The translations under genes and the position numbers were made by a program. DNA of 64,000 bases, from positions 138,058 to 202,057 of the forward strand of contig CAMTON010000001.1 of NCBI GenBank assembly GCA_947074105.1, written 5' to 3'. Every line of letters begins with the position of its first letter. The first letter of the stretch is position 1. Positions 55,182-62,961 of this stretch are shown here, piece after piece. The DNA is from an uncultured Bacteroidales bacterium. Its GTDB lineage: Bacteria; Bacteroidota; Bacteroidia; Bacteroidales; JAUNSR01. The notes under the pieces are model-generated. The model saw nothing but the letters and a program-made list of their open reading frames with translations. It had not been told where the DNA came from and made no database searches.

Positions 55182-55766
55182 TTACTGTATTTCGTAGCTT
55201 TTAGCTGAAATATGATAGAAAGAAAGATAGTCTTTGCCGTTTTTCTCTTTCTGCTCGGCAATTCTCTGACGGAAGCCGTCGATACGCGCTTGAGGAGAGT
55301 TGGCTGTTTCGCCTCTTGCTTTCTTTTCTGTAGAACATCCAGCCTCTCCGTCTCCGTGAGCATCAGCTGTCTGCTGTTTTACTGTTTCTTCCCATTTCTG
55401 AAGATAAGCCTCATCGATTTTTTCTTCAACAAGAGTTCCTTTTACCTTAACAATGCTGTTTACGCATTTCTGATCGAATTTACCAAGTTCTCCGGATTCG
55501 ATTCTAAGAGTATATTTGTCGCTGCTGCCCATAAGGAAGATCTTTCTTCCGCCATGTTTGCAGATATGTGTACAAACGCCTTCAAGTTCGATTTCCTGTC
55601 CTATCAGTTTATCTCCGTTTGTAAGAACGTCGTCAATCTGGTAAACAGTGATCTCTTTTGATTCTTTAGATGAATCTTCTTTAGCTGATGCTGTTCCTGT
55701 TGAACAAGAAGAAAATGTTACAAGTGCGATTAAAGCCGTAGCAAAAAGTGATGTCAAATTTTTCAT
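55182..55766 (-). CDS. small lipoprotein with Cys/His cluster, unknown function
   Basis: Lipobox (LVTFSSCST). EGVCTHICKHGGRKIF lies in a beta-rich half, followed by a highly charged tail (AHGDGEAGCSTEKKARGE). Confidence 0.6.
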   Translation of the reverse strand: MKNLTSLFATALIALVTFSSCSTGTASAKEDSSKESKEITVYQIDDVLTNGDKLIGQEIELEGVCTHICKHGGRKIFLMGSSDKYTLRIESGELGKFDQKCVNSIVKVKGTLVEEKIDEAYLQKWEETVKQQTADAHGDGEAGCSTEKKARGETANSPQARIDGFRQRIAEQKEKNGKDYLSFYHISAKSYEIQ

Positions 55767-55797
55767 AATACATTAATTTTTTCTATTTGCTCTTTTA

Positions 55798-57396
55798 TCA
55801 GAAGTTAACCCCGATTTTAAGAGCTATGTTATTTCTATTTTCTTTTAAATCTGAAATTTTAAATTCATTCTCGTATTTCATCTCAATAAAATAACCGAGA
55901 CTGTTTTTATTCATTGTAAAGCGAAGTATAAGCTCCGGTGAAACTCTTTCTGAAGTCAGATAATCATATTCAGTATCCATAAATATATCCTGATATTTAG
56001 GTGCTCCTGTATCGGAAGACGGAGTGACATATACTCCGTCAATATATTTATCTCCTGAGCCGGATCTGTATTTTATTCCGGGAGAAATCATTAAATTGAC
56101 CTTACCGAAATTTTTCTGATATGATATCTTAACCTTATGTTCATAAAGATCAAGTTTCTGTGTCCTGTAGTAAGGATAAATAATGGAGTTAATCTCACGT
56201 TCAGTATATGAACTTCCTATAGTCAGATTCCATTCAGGTGCATTATTAACATTTCCCCATCCAAGAGAGTAACCTCCGCTTATTCGGGTAAAACGCTTCT
56301 CCCCTACCAGGTTCTGTCCGTAATATTCGATCACTGTATTTCCGGAGGCTGAAGTTTCGTTTCTCCATGAATTCTCATAATTATCAATAGCGGTTTTTTC
56401 AAATCCCAGTACAAGCTGCTGAAATGTCTTATTCCCGGTATATATAAATGAGAGGTTTTCGTTTATTGTACTACCGTCATGTTCGGTATAAACGATTGAA
56501 GTCGATGACTTCTTTCCGAAATATCCGTCCATAGAGGAATATGTCAGATCATTAAAAAGTTTCAGTCGTTTTGATATCTGCCACTCAGTCTGCCATCCAC
56601 CGGAATGAATATTTTCAACAAACGGATTATTTTCGCCTTTGGCCGTATAGCCGTTTGCATCAAAAAGTTCCTGGCGTCCGCTGAAAGCACCGAAATTTAT
56701 CAGCGTCATATACTGCTGATCGGTAGTACCGTAGATATTAAACTTAAGACCTTCGACAAAACGGTTGTATTTATAATGCAGCCCGAATCTTATCTTTTCT
56801 GAAGGCATATATGATACTCCTCCGGCAAAATTCAGATCAAGGACCTTATTGGTATGACGCAGATCCTTCATACGCGCCATATTTATGGCATTGTAATCCA
56901 GTTTAAATCCAATAGCAAACTTCTCCGACAGTCTGTGAGAAAGCGCTCCCATAACAGAATATCTTTCCGTCTTACGGTCTCCTTTATTGTCGGAATCCAT
57001 GAATGTGAGATCGAACGGACGATTGTAATATGACAGAAACGCAGAACCAACAACATCCGTTTCATTTTCAGAGACAAACGATGCTTTGGAGTAAAGCATT
57101 GTTTCAGGTGAAAGTCTGAAATACGCTTCACCAGCAACACTTATATCATATTGCTTATCGGCAACATTATAATTTACAAGTTTACCGTTAAGTGAATTAT
57201 ATGAAACATAAGCTCTTCCGGCCTGCTGCACAACAGGAATACGGTAAAGTTGTGATACATTATCACTCTTCATCCATCCTGTTGAATCTACGACAAGATC
57301 GAAGTCGTAGGTCAGTGTTTCACTTTTTCCTGCAAAGGCAGCAGGAAGAAGTGAAAGGAAAAGAATAGTTTTTTTGAATTTCTGCAATTCTGCCAT
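55798..57396 (-). CDS. outer-membrane beta-barrel protein (DUF6850-like?)
   Basis: Signal peptide, alternating beta-strand pattern throughout, C-terminal IALKIGVNF. The family name is from memory. Confidence 0.6.
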   Translation of the reverse strand: MAELQKFKKTILFLSLLPAAFAGKSETLTYDFDLVVDSTGWMKSDNVSQLYRIPVVQQAGRAYVSYNSLNGKLVNYNVADKQYDISVAGEAYFRLSPETMLYSKASFVSENETDVVGSAFLSYYNRPFDLTFMDSDNKGDRKTERYSVMGALSHRLSEKFAIGFKLDYNAINMARMKDLRHTNKVLDLNFAGGVSYMPSEKIRFGLHYKYNRFVEGLKFNIYGTTDQQYMTLINFGAFSGRQELFDANGYTAKGENNPFVENIHSGGWQTEWQISKRLKLFNDLTYSSMDGYFGKKSSTSIVYTEHDGSTINENLSFIYTGNKTFQQLVLGFEKTAIDNYENSWRNETSASGNTVIEYYGQNLVGEKRFTRISGGYSLGWGNVNNAPEWNLTIGSSYTEREINSIIYPYYRTQKLDLYEHKVKISYQKNFGKVNLMISPGIKYRSGSGDKYIDGVYVTPSSDTGAPKYQDIFMDTEYDYLTSERVSPELILRFTMNKNSLGYFIEMKYENEFKISDLKENRNNIALKIGVNF

Positions 57397-57405
57397 ATTT
57401 ATTTA

Positions 57406-58725
57406 TTAATATTTTAAAGAAGAGCCGGCTCTCTGATGGAAATCATTTGAGGAATTGTTTGTATCCTGATAAATGATTCTTGCACCAAGTCTGATTGAAG
57501 CTTCAGCATCGATTCCGGAAGGATCTGTTGTACCGTTGTCCGATACTGTGCCAAGAATATAATTGTAAACAAGTTTTCCTGAATTTTCATCAAGAGCTTC
57601 AGTAGCATCTTTATCTACATTTCTGTATAGAGTATAACCCTGTCCCGCAGTTAAATTCACATATCCGGCATCAACGGCTGAAGTAAATCTTTTTACATTA
57701 TTTGTAGCTCCGTATCTGAAAACTTCAACACCATCGATTATCCAGCTTACAGGTACTTTTTTACGAACCTGAGTTGCAGAACCTCCGTAATAATCAAGAT
57801 TGTCTGCATTTTCGTTGAACGCCTCAGGTGTAGTCCCCTGTGGTGCGAAAAGGAATAAAGCCGGTGATGTGTTACTGAATGCCCAGGCATTTCCTGTTCC
57901 GTATTTGAATCCCGGAAGATATTGTGATGTCGGGATGTTAGCCGAAGGAGCAGGGTGGTAGTTCGCATTATCATAAACCTCAGGAGCATAAGTCACATAA
58001 TATTCCGATTTGCTTAAATCAATAGAGTTAGAATAAGTAATCGTATTATCATTTGCATTATTCAGAACAACTACGATCTGCTCTCCCGGATTAAGGATAG
58101 TTGAATTTGAGAAATAAAAATATCCAAGTCCTGCCGGAATCCAGCCTTCAGCCTCATAAAACAAAGATCCGTTCTGAACATCTGAGTTATTTACAGTAGA
58201 GTTATAAGGAAGAACCATACCAACACAAAGGTTTTCAAGATCAGTAGCTTCGTCAGAATTATTATAGATGACGAAATATTTATCATAATGATAAGTACCT
58301 GAACCGTCATCTTTCTGACAACCACCGTTATATATTTCTTTAATGATAATCTGACTTACTACGCTTTCTGTAAGATTAAGAGAGAAAGGATTTTCATTCT
58401 GTTCCACAACAGTCATATTTGTCAGAACACCTGTAAAGACAATGCTTTTTCCGGTTTCTTTTCTTTTATCCGTTGATGATACTTCATAAAGACCGACAGG
58501 AACTTCAAATACGGCTATACCTGATGTGTTAGTTTCCGATTCATAAGCGATACCTGTCTGAGATACTGCTTTTACAGCAACACCTTCACGTGTTTCATAT
58601 CCCGATTCAGAAGGATATACAAGCTGAACAGCTACTGTAGCTGTCTTGTATCCTACTTTTTCGTCATCACTACATGCGTAAGTTAAAAGCAGAAGTGAAA
58701 GAAAGAGGTAATAAACTTTTTTCAT
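57406..58725 (-). CDS. surface lipoprotein with Ig/CarboxypepD_reg-like and lamin-tail-like domains (DUF4876-like?)
   Basis: Lipobox (LLLLTYACSD). N-terminal beta-sandwich (GIAVFEVPVGLYEV). IIIKEIYNGGC..DKYFVIYNNSDEATDL resembles an LTD core. Confidence 0.6.
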   Translation of the reverse strand: MKKVYYLFLSLLLLTYACSDDEKVGYKTATVAVQLVYPSESGYETREGVAVKAVSQTGIAYESETNTSGIAVFEVPVGLYEVSSTDKRKETGKSIVFTGVLTNMTVVEQNENPFSLNLTESVVSQIIIKEIYNGGCQKDDGSGTYHYDKYFVIYNNSDEATDLENLCVGMVLPYNSTVNNSDVQNGSLFYEAEGWIPAGLGYFYFSNSTILNPGEQIVVVLNNANDNTITYSNSIDLSKSEYYVTYAPEVYDNANYHPAPSANIPTSQYLPGFKYGTGNAWAFSNTSPALFLFAPQGTTPEAFNENADNLDYYGGSATQVRKKVPVSWIIDGVEVFRYGATNNVKRFTSAVDAGYVNLTAGQGYTLYRNVDKDATEALDENSGKLVYNYILGTVSDNGTTDPSGIDAEASIRLGARIIYQDTNNSSNDFHQRAGSSLKY

Positions 58726-58753
58726 AATGATTTTATTTTGGATTAATTGTTTG

Positions 58754-61723
58754 CTAAATTTTTATTTTAAGTGACAGGCCGTAGTTGAACGACGGAATAT
58801 AACTTGAGTTGAAAAGAGATGATTCATTATTATTCCAGCTGTTTGTAACTTTTCCCAGATTATTAAGAAAGTTATTCGCATAAAAAGACAGAAGAAAATG
58901 TTTTCCTATCTCTTTTGAAACCGTCAGGTTAGCAGTGAAATAAGGCGAAAGCTTATTTCTGTTGAAATAATATGATGTATTCGATTTCGAAACAAGTTTT
59001 GCCAGTTCATTATACAGTTCAGTATCATTCTCACGGGCCCAAAGGAATTTTTCTTCGAAAGGTATAAGAGTAGTCATATCATCATAACTTGTATAATAGA
59101 CAGGATAAACCGCTACATATGAATCTCCTCCGTATATATCTCCCGCAGATCCGATATAATCGCTTCTGTCGGATAATACTCTTCCGTAACTTTTACCATT
59201 GTATTCTGACAGATATCTTGTAGAATGATAAAGCGTGGATTCAACTCTTAAGGAAACAAGAAGTTTTATTTTCGGAATATTTGTTGTTGCCGTTAGATTC
59301 AGATTGACTTTTCTTGTTTCAGATCCGTTAGAGACTCCGCTTACACCGTTAGAACCTGCATAGATTCCTATATATTTATAAGGATCTCCGTTAGCCATAT
59401 TCTGAGAAGAAGTAGGCAGATATGAAGTAAGTTCTTCGTTAACTCCTTTGTAATGATAAAAGTTACCATCAAGACGGAATGATGTATATATTGATTTTAT
59501 ACGTCCTATATCTGCAATCCATTCAAGACCTTCTCTTAATATGGGCGATATATTAGAAGCTGTTGAATTGCTTTTATAAGTTTTTTTCTCACTGTATTCA
59601 AGTTCTGCAGGAGAATATATTCCGTTTTTATCATACATCGTTACGATTCCGGTTTCCCTGTCAACATAATACTGACGTTCGTTTACAGGTATTGAAGTCC
59701 CTTCGATAGCTCTCTGATCAGTAAACTTATAGCTGTAGGGAGTATACTGATTTGTAAGGGTATATCCGTTATAACTTCTGTTTCTGTAAGCATTAAGAGA
59801 TATTTTTACTTTACCAAGCTGAATGTCTCCTCCTATTTCCATTTGTCTCGTTCTCTGCATTTTCAGATCCGGATTATAAATTCTTTCGGAAGGCATTATG
59901 TAATAAGCATAATATATCGTTCCGTCTGCAAGAGCTCCGGGAGCGAAAGTAAGTCTCTGGGCATAAGAAGGATCAGGATAAAGGACAGAAAAAGCAGGCA
60001 GTTTTACCGATTCTCCTATTCCGCCTCTCAGTTTCAGATTACTTACAAAAGAATAAGGATTATCAATTATAGTATATGTACCGCTGAATCTGGGTGATAA
60101 AGCAGAAGTTGTCCCGTAATCGGAGCCGTCGACTTTAGTCACATCATATCGTATACCACCGTTAAGCTGAAGAAGAGTATTTCCAAGAGGAAAAGTTAGA
60201 TTATCCTCAGCATAAAGAGCTCCGTTTTTCATAAAAGGGATTTCATCAAAACGATATTCTCTCCATGTCGGAGTATATAATGGATCATCATAAAAGATAC
60301 CGCGTCCCAGATTGCCTGTTGTAGAAAAATTAGCACCTACTTTTATCTTATTGAAAAATCTGCCTATTGTAAGATTATGATTCAATTTCAGAGAAGCACC
60401 ATATTCAATCGGTCTGTCCTGACAATATTCTGTTTCATACCAGTAACCGGCCGGAATTAAGGAAATATCAGCTTCCGGATCCTTTTCAAAATCAGTAGCT
60501 ATAAAATATCCTTCTTCTGTTCCGTGAAAAGCAAGAGTGGAAGTCGAAGATGATTTATTTGTCTTTACCTCATGTTCCTTATCTGCATAATTGACATAAG
60601 CTTTTGCCTCTATGCGGGTCAGATAAGGTTTGTTTATCATCCAGTCAAAACCGGCATGAGCACGTATGGCGTTATCTTTCTGACGGGTATACGTATCAGT
60701 GAAATTATCCGGATCGGATTTTGAATTATATCCTCCTACATTTCCGGAAACACCCGCATTGATAATAAAAGGCGTTGAAGTCCCTTTTCCAATAGTATTA
60801 TTATAGGATATTGTCAAACCGTTTCTTGAATACTTTGTATAAGGAGATGCGATATCCGCCGTTGAAGTAGTACTTTCCAGTCCGAAGTTAATATGACCGG
60901 CATTGCTCCCAAGATCAAAACCTTTTGAAACAGAAGCTGATTTAAGTCCGGGCGCCGAAGAGAAGGAAATATCAAACGGAGTATATCCTTTTTTTGTATT
61001 TATAAGAACCATACCTCCCGCTACATCTCCATATTCAACAGAGGGAATTCCTGTTATAACTTCTACAGATTCAATGTTTGACATCTGTATATTTCTTGTA
61101 TCAGTTCCGTATAAACTGTTAAATGATCCGCGTGTTCCGTCAACGCCCGACATTGTAGCATTGTTTGAAAGACGTACACCGTCAATCTCAACCGCTGTCA
61201 TAAATGTAGGATTACCAAGTTCTCCGGATTCAGATCTGATTTCGAATCTTTTTGCTCCGCTTGTAAGATTATTGGTTTTGGCGGTCTTTCCCCCAGGTAA
61301 AAGCGATGTTATATCAGTCACTGCCGTTACCTGTTGATGCTCAAGAGCCTTGCTGTCGATAACATATGATGTAGCTGAATTATATTTATTCTCTTTTGCC
61401 GTTACAACAACTTCTTCAAGAGCAAGATTGTCAGGAGAAATATTAAGTAGAAAATTATTATCCTTATCTGTTACAGTAATACTGAATTCGGTTTTCTTAT
61501 ATCCCAGACATGTTACAATTACTGTATGATTTCCTTCCGGCACATTATTTATTACAAATTCACCTTTATCATTCGTCACACTCCATAACCGGCGCTCAGG
61601 CAGAGTCACTACAGCTGCCTCAATAGCCAGTTTCTTATCTGCATCAAATATTCTGCCATTGACGTTTGCGGCAACAGCATAAGCAGATATAAAAACCAAT
61701 ATTAATGACAACCACACTCTCAT
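58754..61723 (-). CDS. TonB-dependent receptor with CarboxypepD_reg-like N-domain
   Basis: NVNGRIFDADKKLAIEAAVV..VTNDKGEFVINNVPEGNHTV (CRD), a plug (VIDSKALEHQQV..DITSLLPGG) and a large barrel. The track start is a TTG; I use the ATG at 61723 (MRVWLSLILVFISAYAVA). Confidence 0.85.
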   Translation of the reverse strand: MRVWLSLILVFISAYAVAANVNGRIFDADKKLAIEAAVVTLPERRLWSVTNDKGEFVINNVPEGNHTVIVTCLGYKKTEFSITVTDKDNNFLLNISPDNLALEEVVVTAKENKYNSATSYVIDSKALEHQQVTAVTDITSLLPGGKTAKTNNLTSGAKRFEIRSESGELGNPTFMTAVEIDGVRLSNNATMSGVDGTRGSFNSLYGTDTRNIQMSNIESVEVITGIPSVEYGDVAGGMVLINTKKGYTPFDISFSSAPGLKSASVSKGFDLGSNAGHINFGLESTTSTADIASPYTKYSRNGLTISYNNTIGKGTSTPFIINAGVSGNVGGYNSKSDPDNFTDTYTRQKDNAIRAHAGFDWMINKPYLTRIEAKAYVNYADKEHEVKTNKSSSTSTLAFHGTEEGYFIATDFEKDPEADISLIPAGYWYETEYCQDRPIEYGASLKLNHNLTIGRFFNKIKVGANFSTTGNLGRGIFYDDPLYTPTWREYRFDEIPFMKNGALYAEDNLTFPLGNTLLQLNGGIRYDVTKVDGSDYGTTSALSPRFSGTYTIIDNPYSFVSNLKLRGGIGESVKLPAFSVLYPDPSYAQRLTFAPGALADGTIYYAYYIMPSERIYNPDLKMQRTRQMEIGGDIQLGKVKISLNAYRNRSYNGYTLTNQYTPYSYKFTDQRAIEGTSIPVNERQYYVDRETGIVTMYDKNGIYSPAELEYSEKKTYKSNSTASNISPILREGLEWIADIGRIKSIYTSFRLDGNFYHYKGVNEELTSYLPTSSQNMANGDPYKYIGIYAGSNGVSGVSNGSETRKVNLNLTATTNIPKIKLLVSLRVESTLYHSTRYLSEYNGKSYGRVLSDRSDYIGSAGDIYGGDSYVAVYPVYYTSYDDMTTLIPFEEKFLWARENDTELYNELAKLVSKSNTSYYFNRNKLSPYFTANLTVSKEIGKHFLLSFYANNFLNNLGKVTNSWNNNESSLFNSSYIPSFNYGLSLKIKI

Positions 61724-61801
61724 AGACAAAAGGAATAATATCCGATATAAGCATTTTTATAATTCGGATTGTAAAATTATCAATAACACTAAAACCTGTA
61801 T

Positions 61802-61819
61802 ATACCTAAAATCCGGTAT
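61802..61819. promoter_or_regulatory. ATACCTAAAATCCGGTAT, 16/18 identical to the 5851-5868 inverted repeat
   Basis: Read directly. Confidence 0.35.
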
Positions 61820-61837
61820 TTTTTATTCAAAACCATA

Positions 61838-61862
61838 ACATTTAGGTATTAGACTACCTAAA
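61838..61862. promoter_or_regulatory. ACATTTAGGTATT 13-mer (identical to 12889-12901) within the inverted repeat TTTAGGTA-N6-TACCTAAA
   Basis: Read directly; lies 115 nt upstream of the receptor ATG. Confidence 0.4.
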
Positions 61863-61939
61863 TATGATATATCTTATAAATATTAAATTTATTAATTTTA
61901 TTTAATCTATACAACTAATTAATTAATATTTCATCCTAT

Positions 61940-61947
61940 TACCTAAA
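61940..61947. promoter_or_regulatory. additional TACCTAAA copy
   Basis: Read directly; the fourth copy within 150 nt. Confidence 0.25.
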
Positions 61948-61988
61948 TTACAACCTATATAAATAACAAATCGCATATTATTATATAC

Positions 61989-62029
61989 AAAAAAGTCGGG
62001 AGAAGAGTCTCACGACTTTTCTCCCGACT
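61989..62029 (-). terminator. rho-independent terminator after the SusD-locus lipoprotein gene
   Basis: 11-bp stem AGTCGGGAGAA (61994-62004) / TTCTCCCGACT (62019-62029), followed on the minus strand by TTTTTTG. It separates the SusD unit from the receptor operon. Confidence 0.8.
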
Positions 62030-62052
62030 GACATTTATAATTAAATCAAAAT

Positions 62053-62934
62053 TTATTTTGACATTGTCATACCAAATGTTCCGAAAGACCCCTGGTCTAC
62101 AGTAACTTTGATATTCATTTTAATTGTACCGCTACAAGCGTCAATTGTTCCTGAACCTTCTACACACATATTTGTATAACCCCAAGACCATACAGAACCT
62201 TCGATGATTACCTGTTTTGCAACAGTTACAGTATATGTATCAGGATCTACAGTTATAGTAAAGATACCGTTAGGTGCTACTTCTTCGAAAAGACCTGATA
62301 CCTGAAGTTCTGTATCAGAGATTTTTTCTACTTCTACCTGATATGTTTTTTCCCACCAGTCCGGGTCTGCCATCCATGTTGTTCCTGTGAAGTCATCAAG
62401 ATGAATAGGACATACAACAGGATATCTTACTGAATAAGAATATGATCTTCCGTCAACTCTCCATCCTGTCATGTTTCTATTATTGAAATCTGTTTCTGCA
62501 GTCCATCCTTTGATAACGAAACCGTCTTTCAACGTTACGTCAGTAGTGAAATACATTTCCTGACCTTCGAATGGTCCGTCAATGCCAAGAGCTGTATAAG
62601 CTTCTTCGATATTAAGAGATACTTCTGCAGGGAAAGAAGTGATCTTTCCGCCAACAGGAGTCGATACCCATTCGTAATCCGGTGTTCTAAGAACACATAG
62701 TAGCTGTGCGTGATCCATCATTGAATAGTCACCCTGCTGTGTAGGGATTGTAAGCTTCACTCTGAAATCTCCGTCAGTGCTACCCTGGCTTAATACGGCT
62801 GTTGAACCGTCAGCTCTGTATATATCGATAACAACACCGTTTCTCACATCTTCCAGTGGATAAGGAAGATCCTGGTCGCAGCTCCAGAACATCAAAGCCG
62901 CCATCAACGTTATATATAATTTAAATAATTTCAT
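62053..62934 (-). CDS. PUL-associated surface lipoprotein of unknown function
   Basis: Lipobox (LMFWSCDQ), beta-rich, directly downstream (27 nt) of the SusD-like gene. Confidence 0.6.
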   Translation of the reverse strand: MKLFKLYITLMAALMFWSCDQDLPYPLEDVRNGVVIDIYRADGSTAVLSQGSTDGDFRVKLTIPTQQGDYSMMDHAQLLCVLRTPDYEWVSTPVGGKITSFPAEVSLNIEEAYTALGIDGPFEGQEMYFTTDVTLKDGFVIKGWTAETDFNNRNMTGWRVDGRSYSYSVRYPVVCPIHLDDFTGTTWMADPDWWEKTYQVEVEKISDTELQVSGLFEEVAPNGIFTITVDPDTYTVTVAKQVIIEGSVWSWGYTNMCVEGSGTIDACSGTIKMNIKVTVDQGSFGTFGMTMSK

Positions 62935-62961
62935 AATGTCTTTTTTCTTGATTAAAGTTTT

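Noticed and set aside
61724-61988. Cobalamin or other riboswitch ahead of the second TonB receptor (possible B12-type locus)
   Set aside because: The region is AT-rich with no B12-box-like GCCACTG or AGGGAA elements and no extended helices. Only the TACCTAAA repeats stand out.
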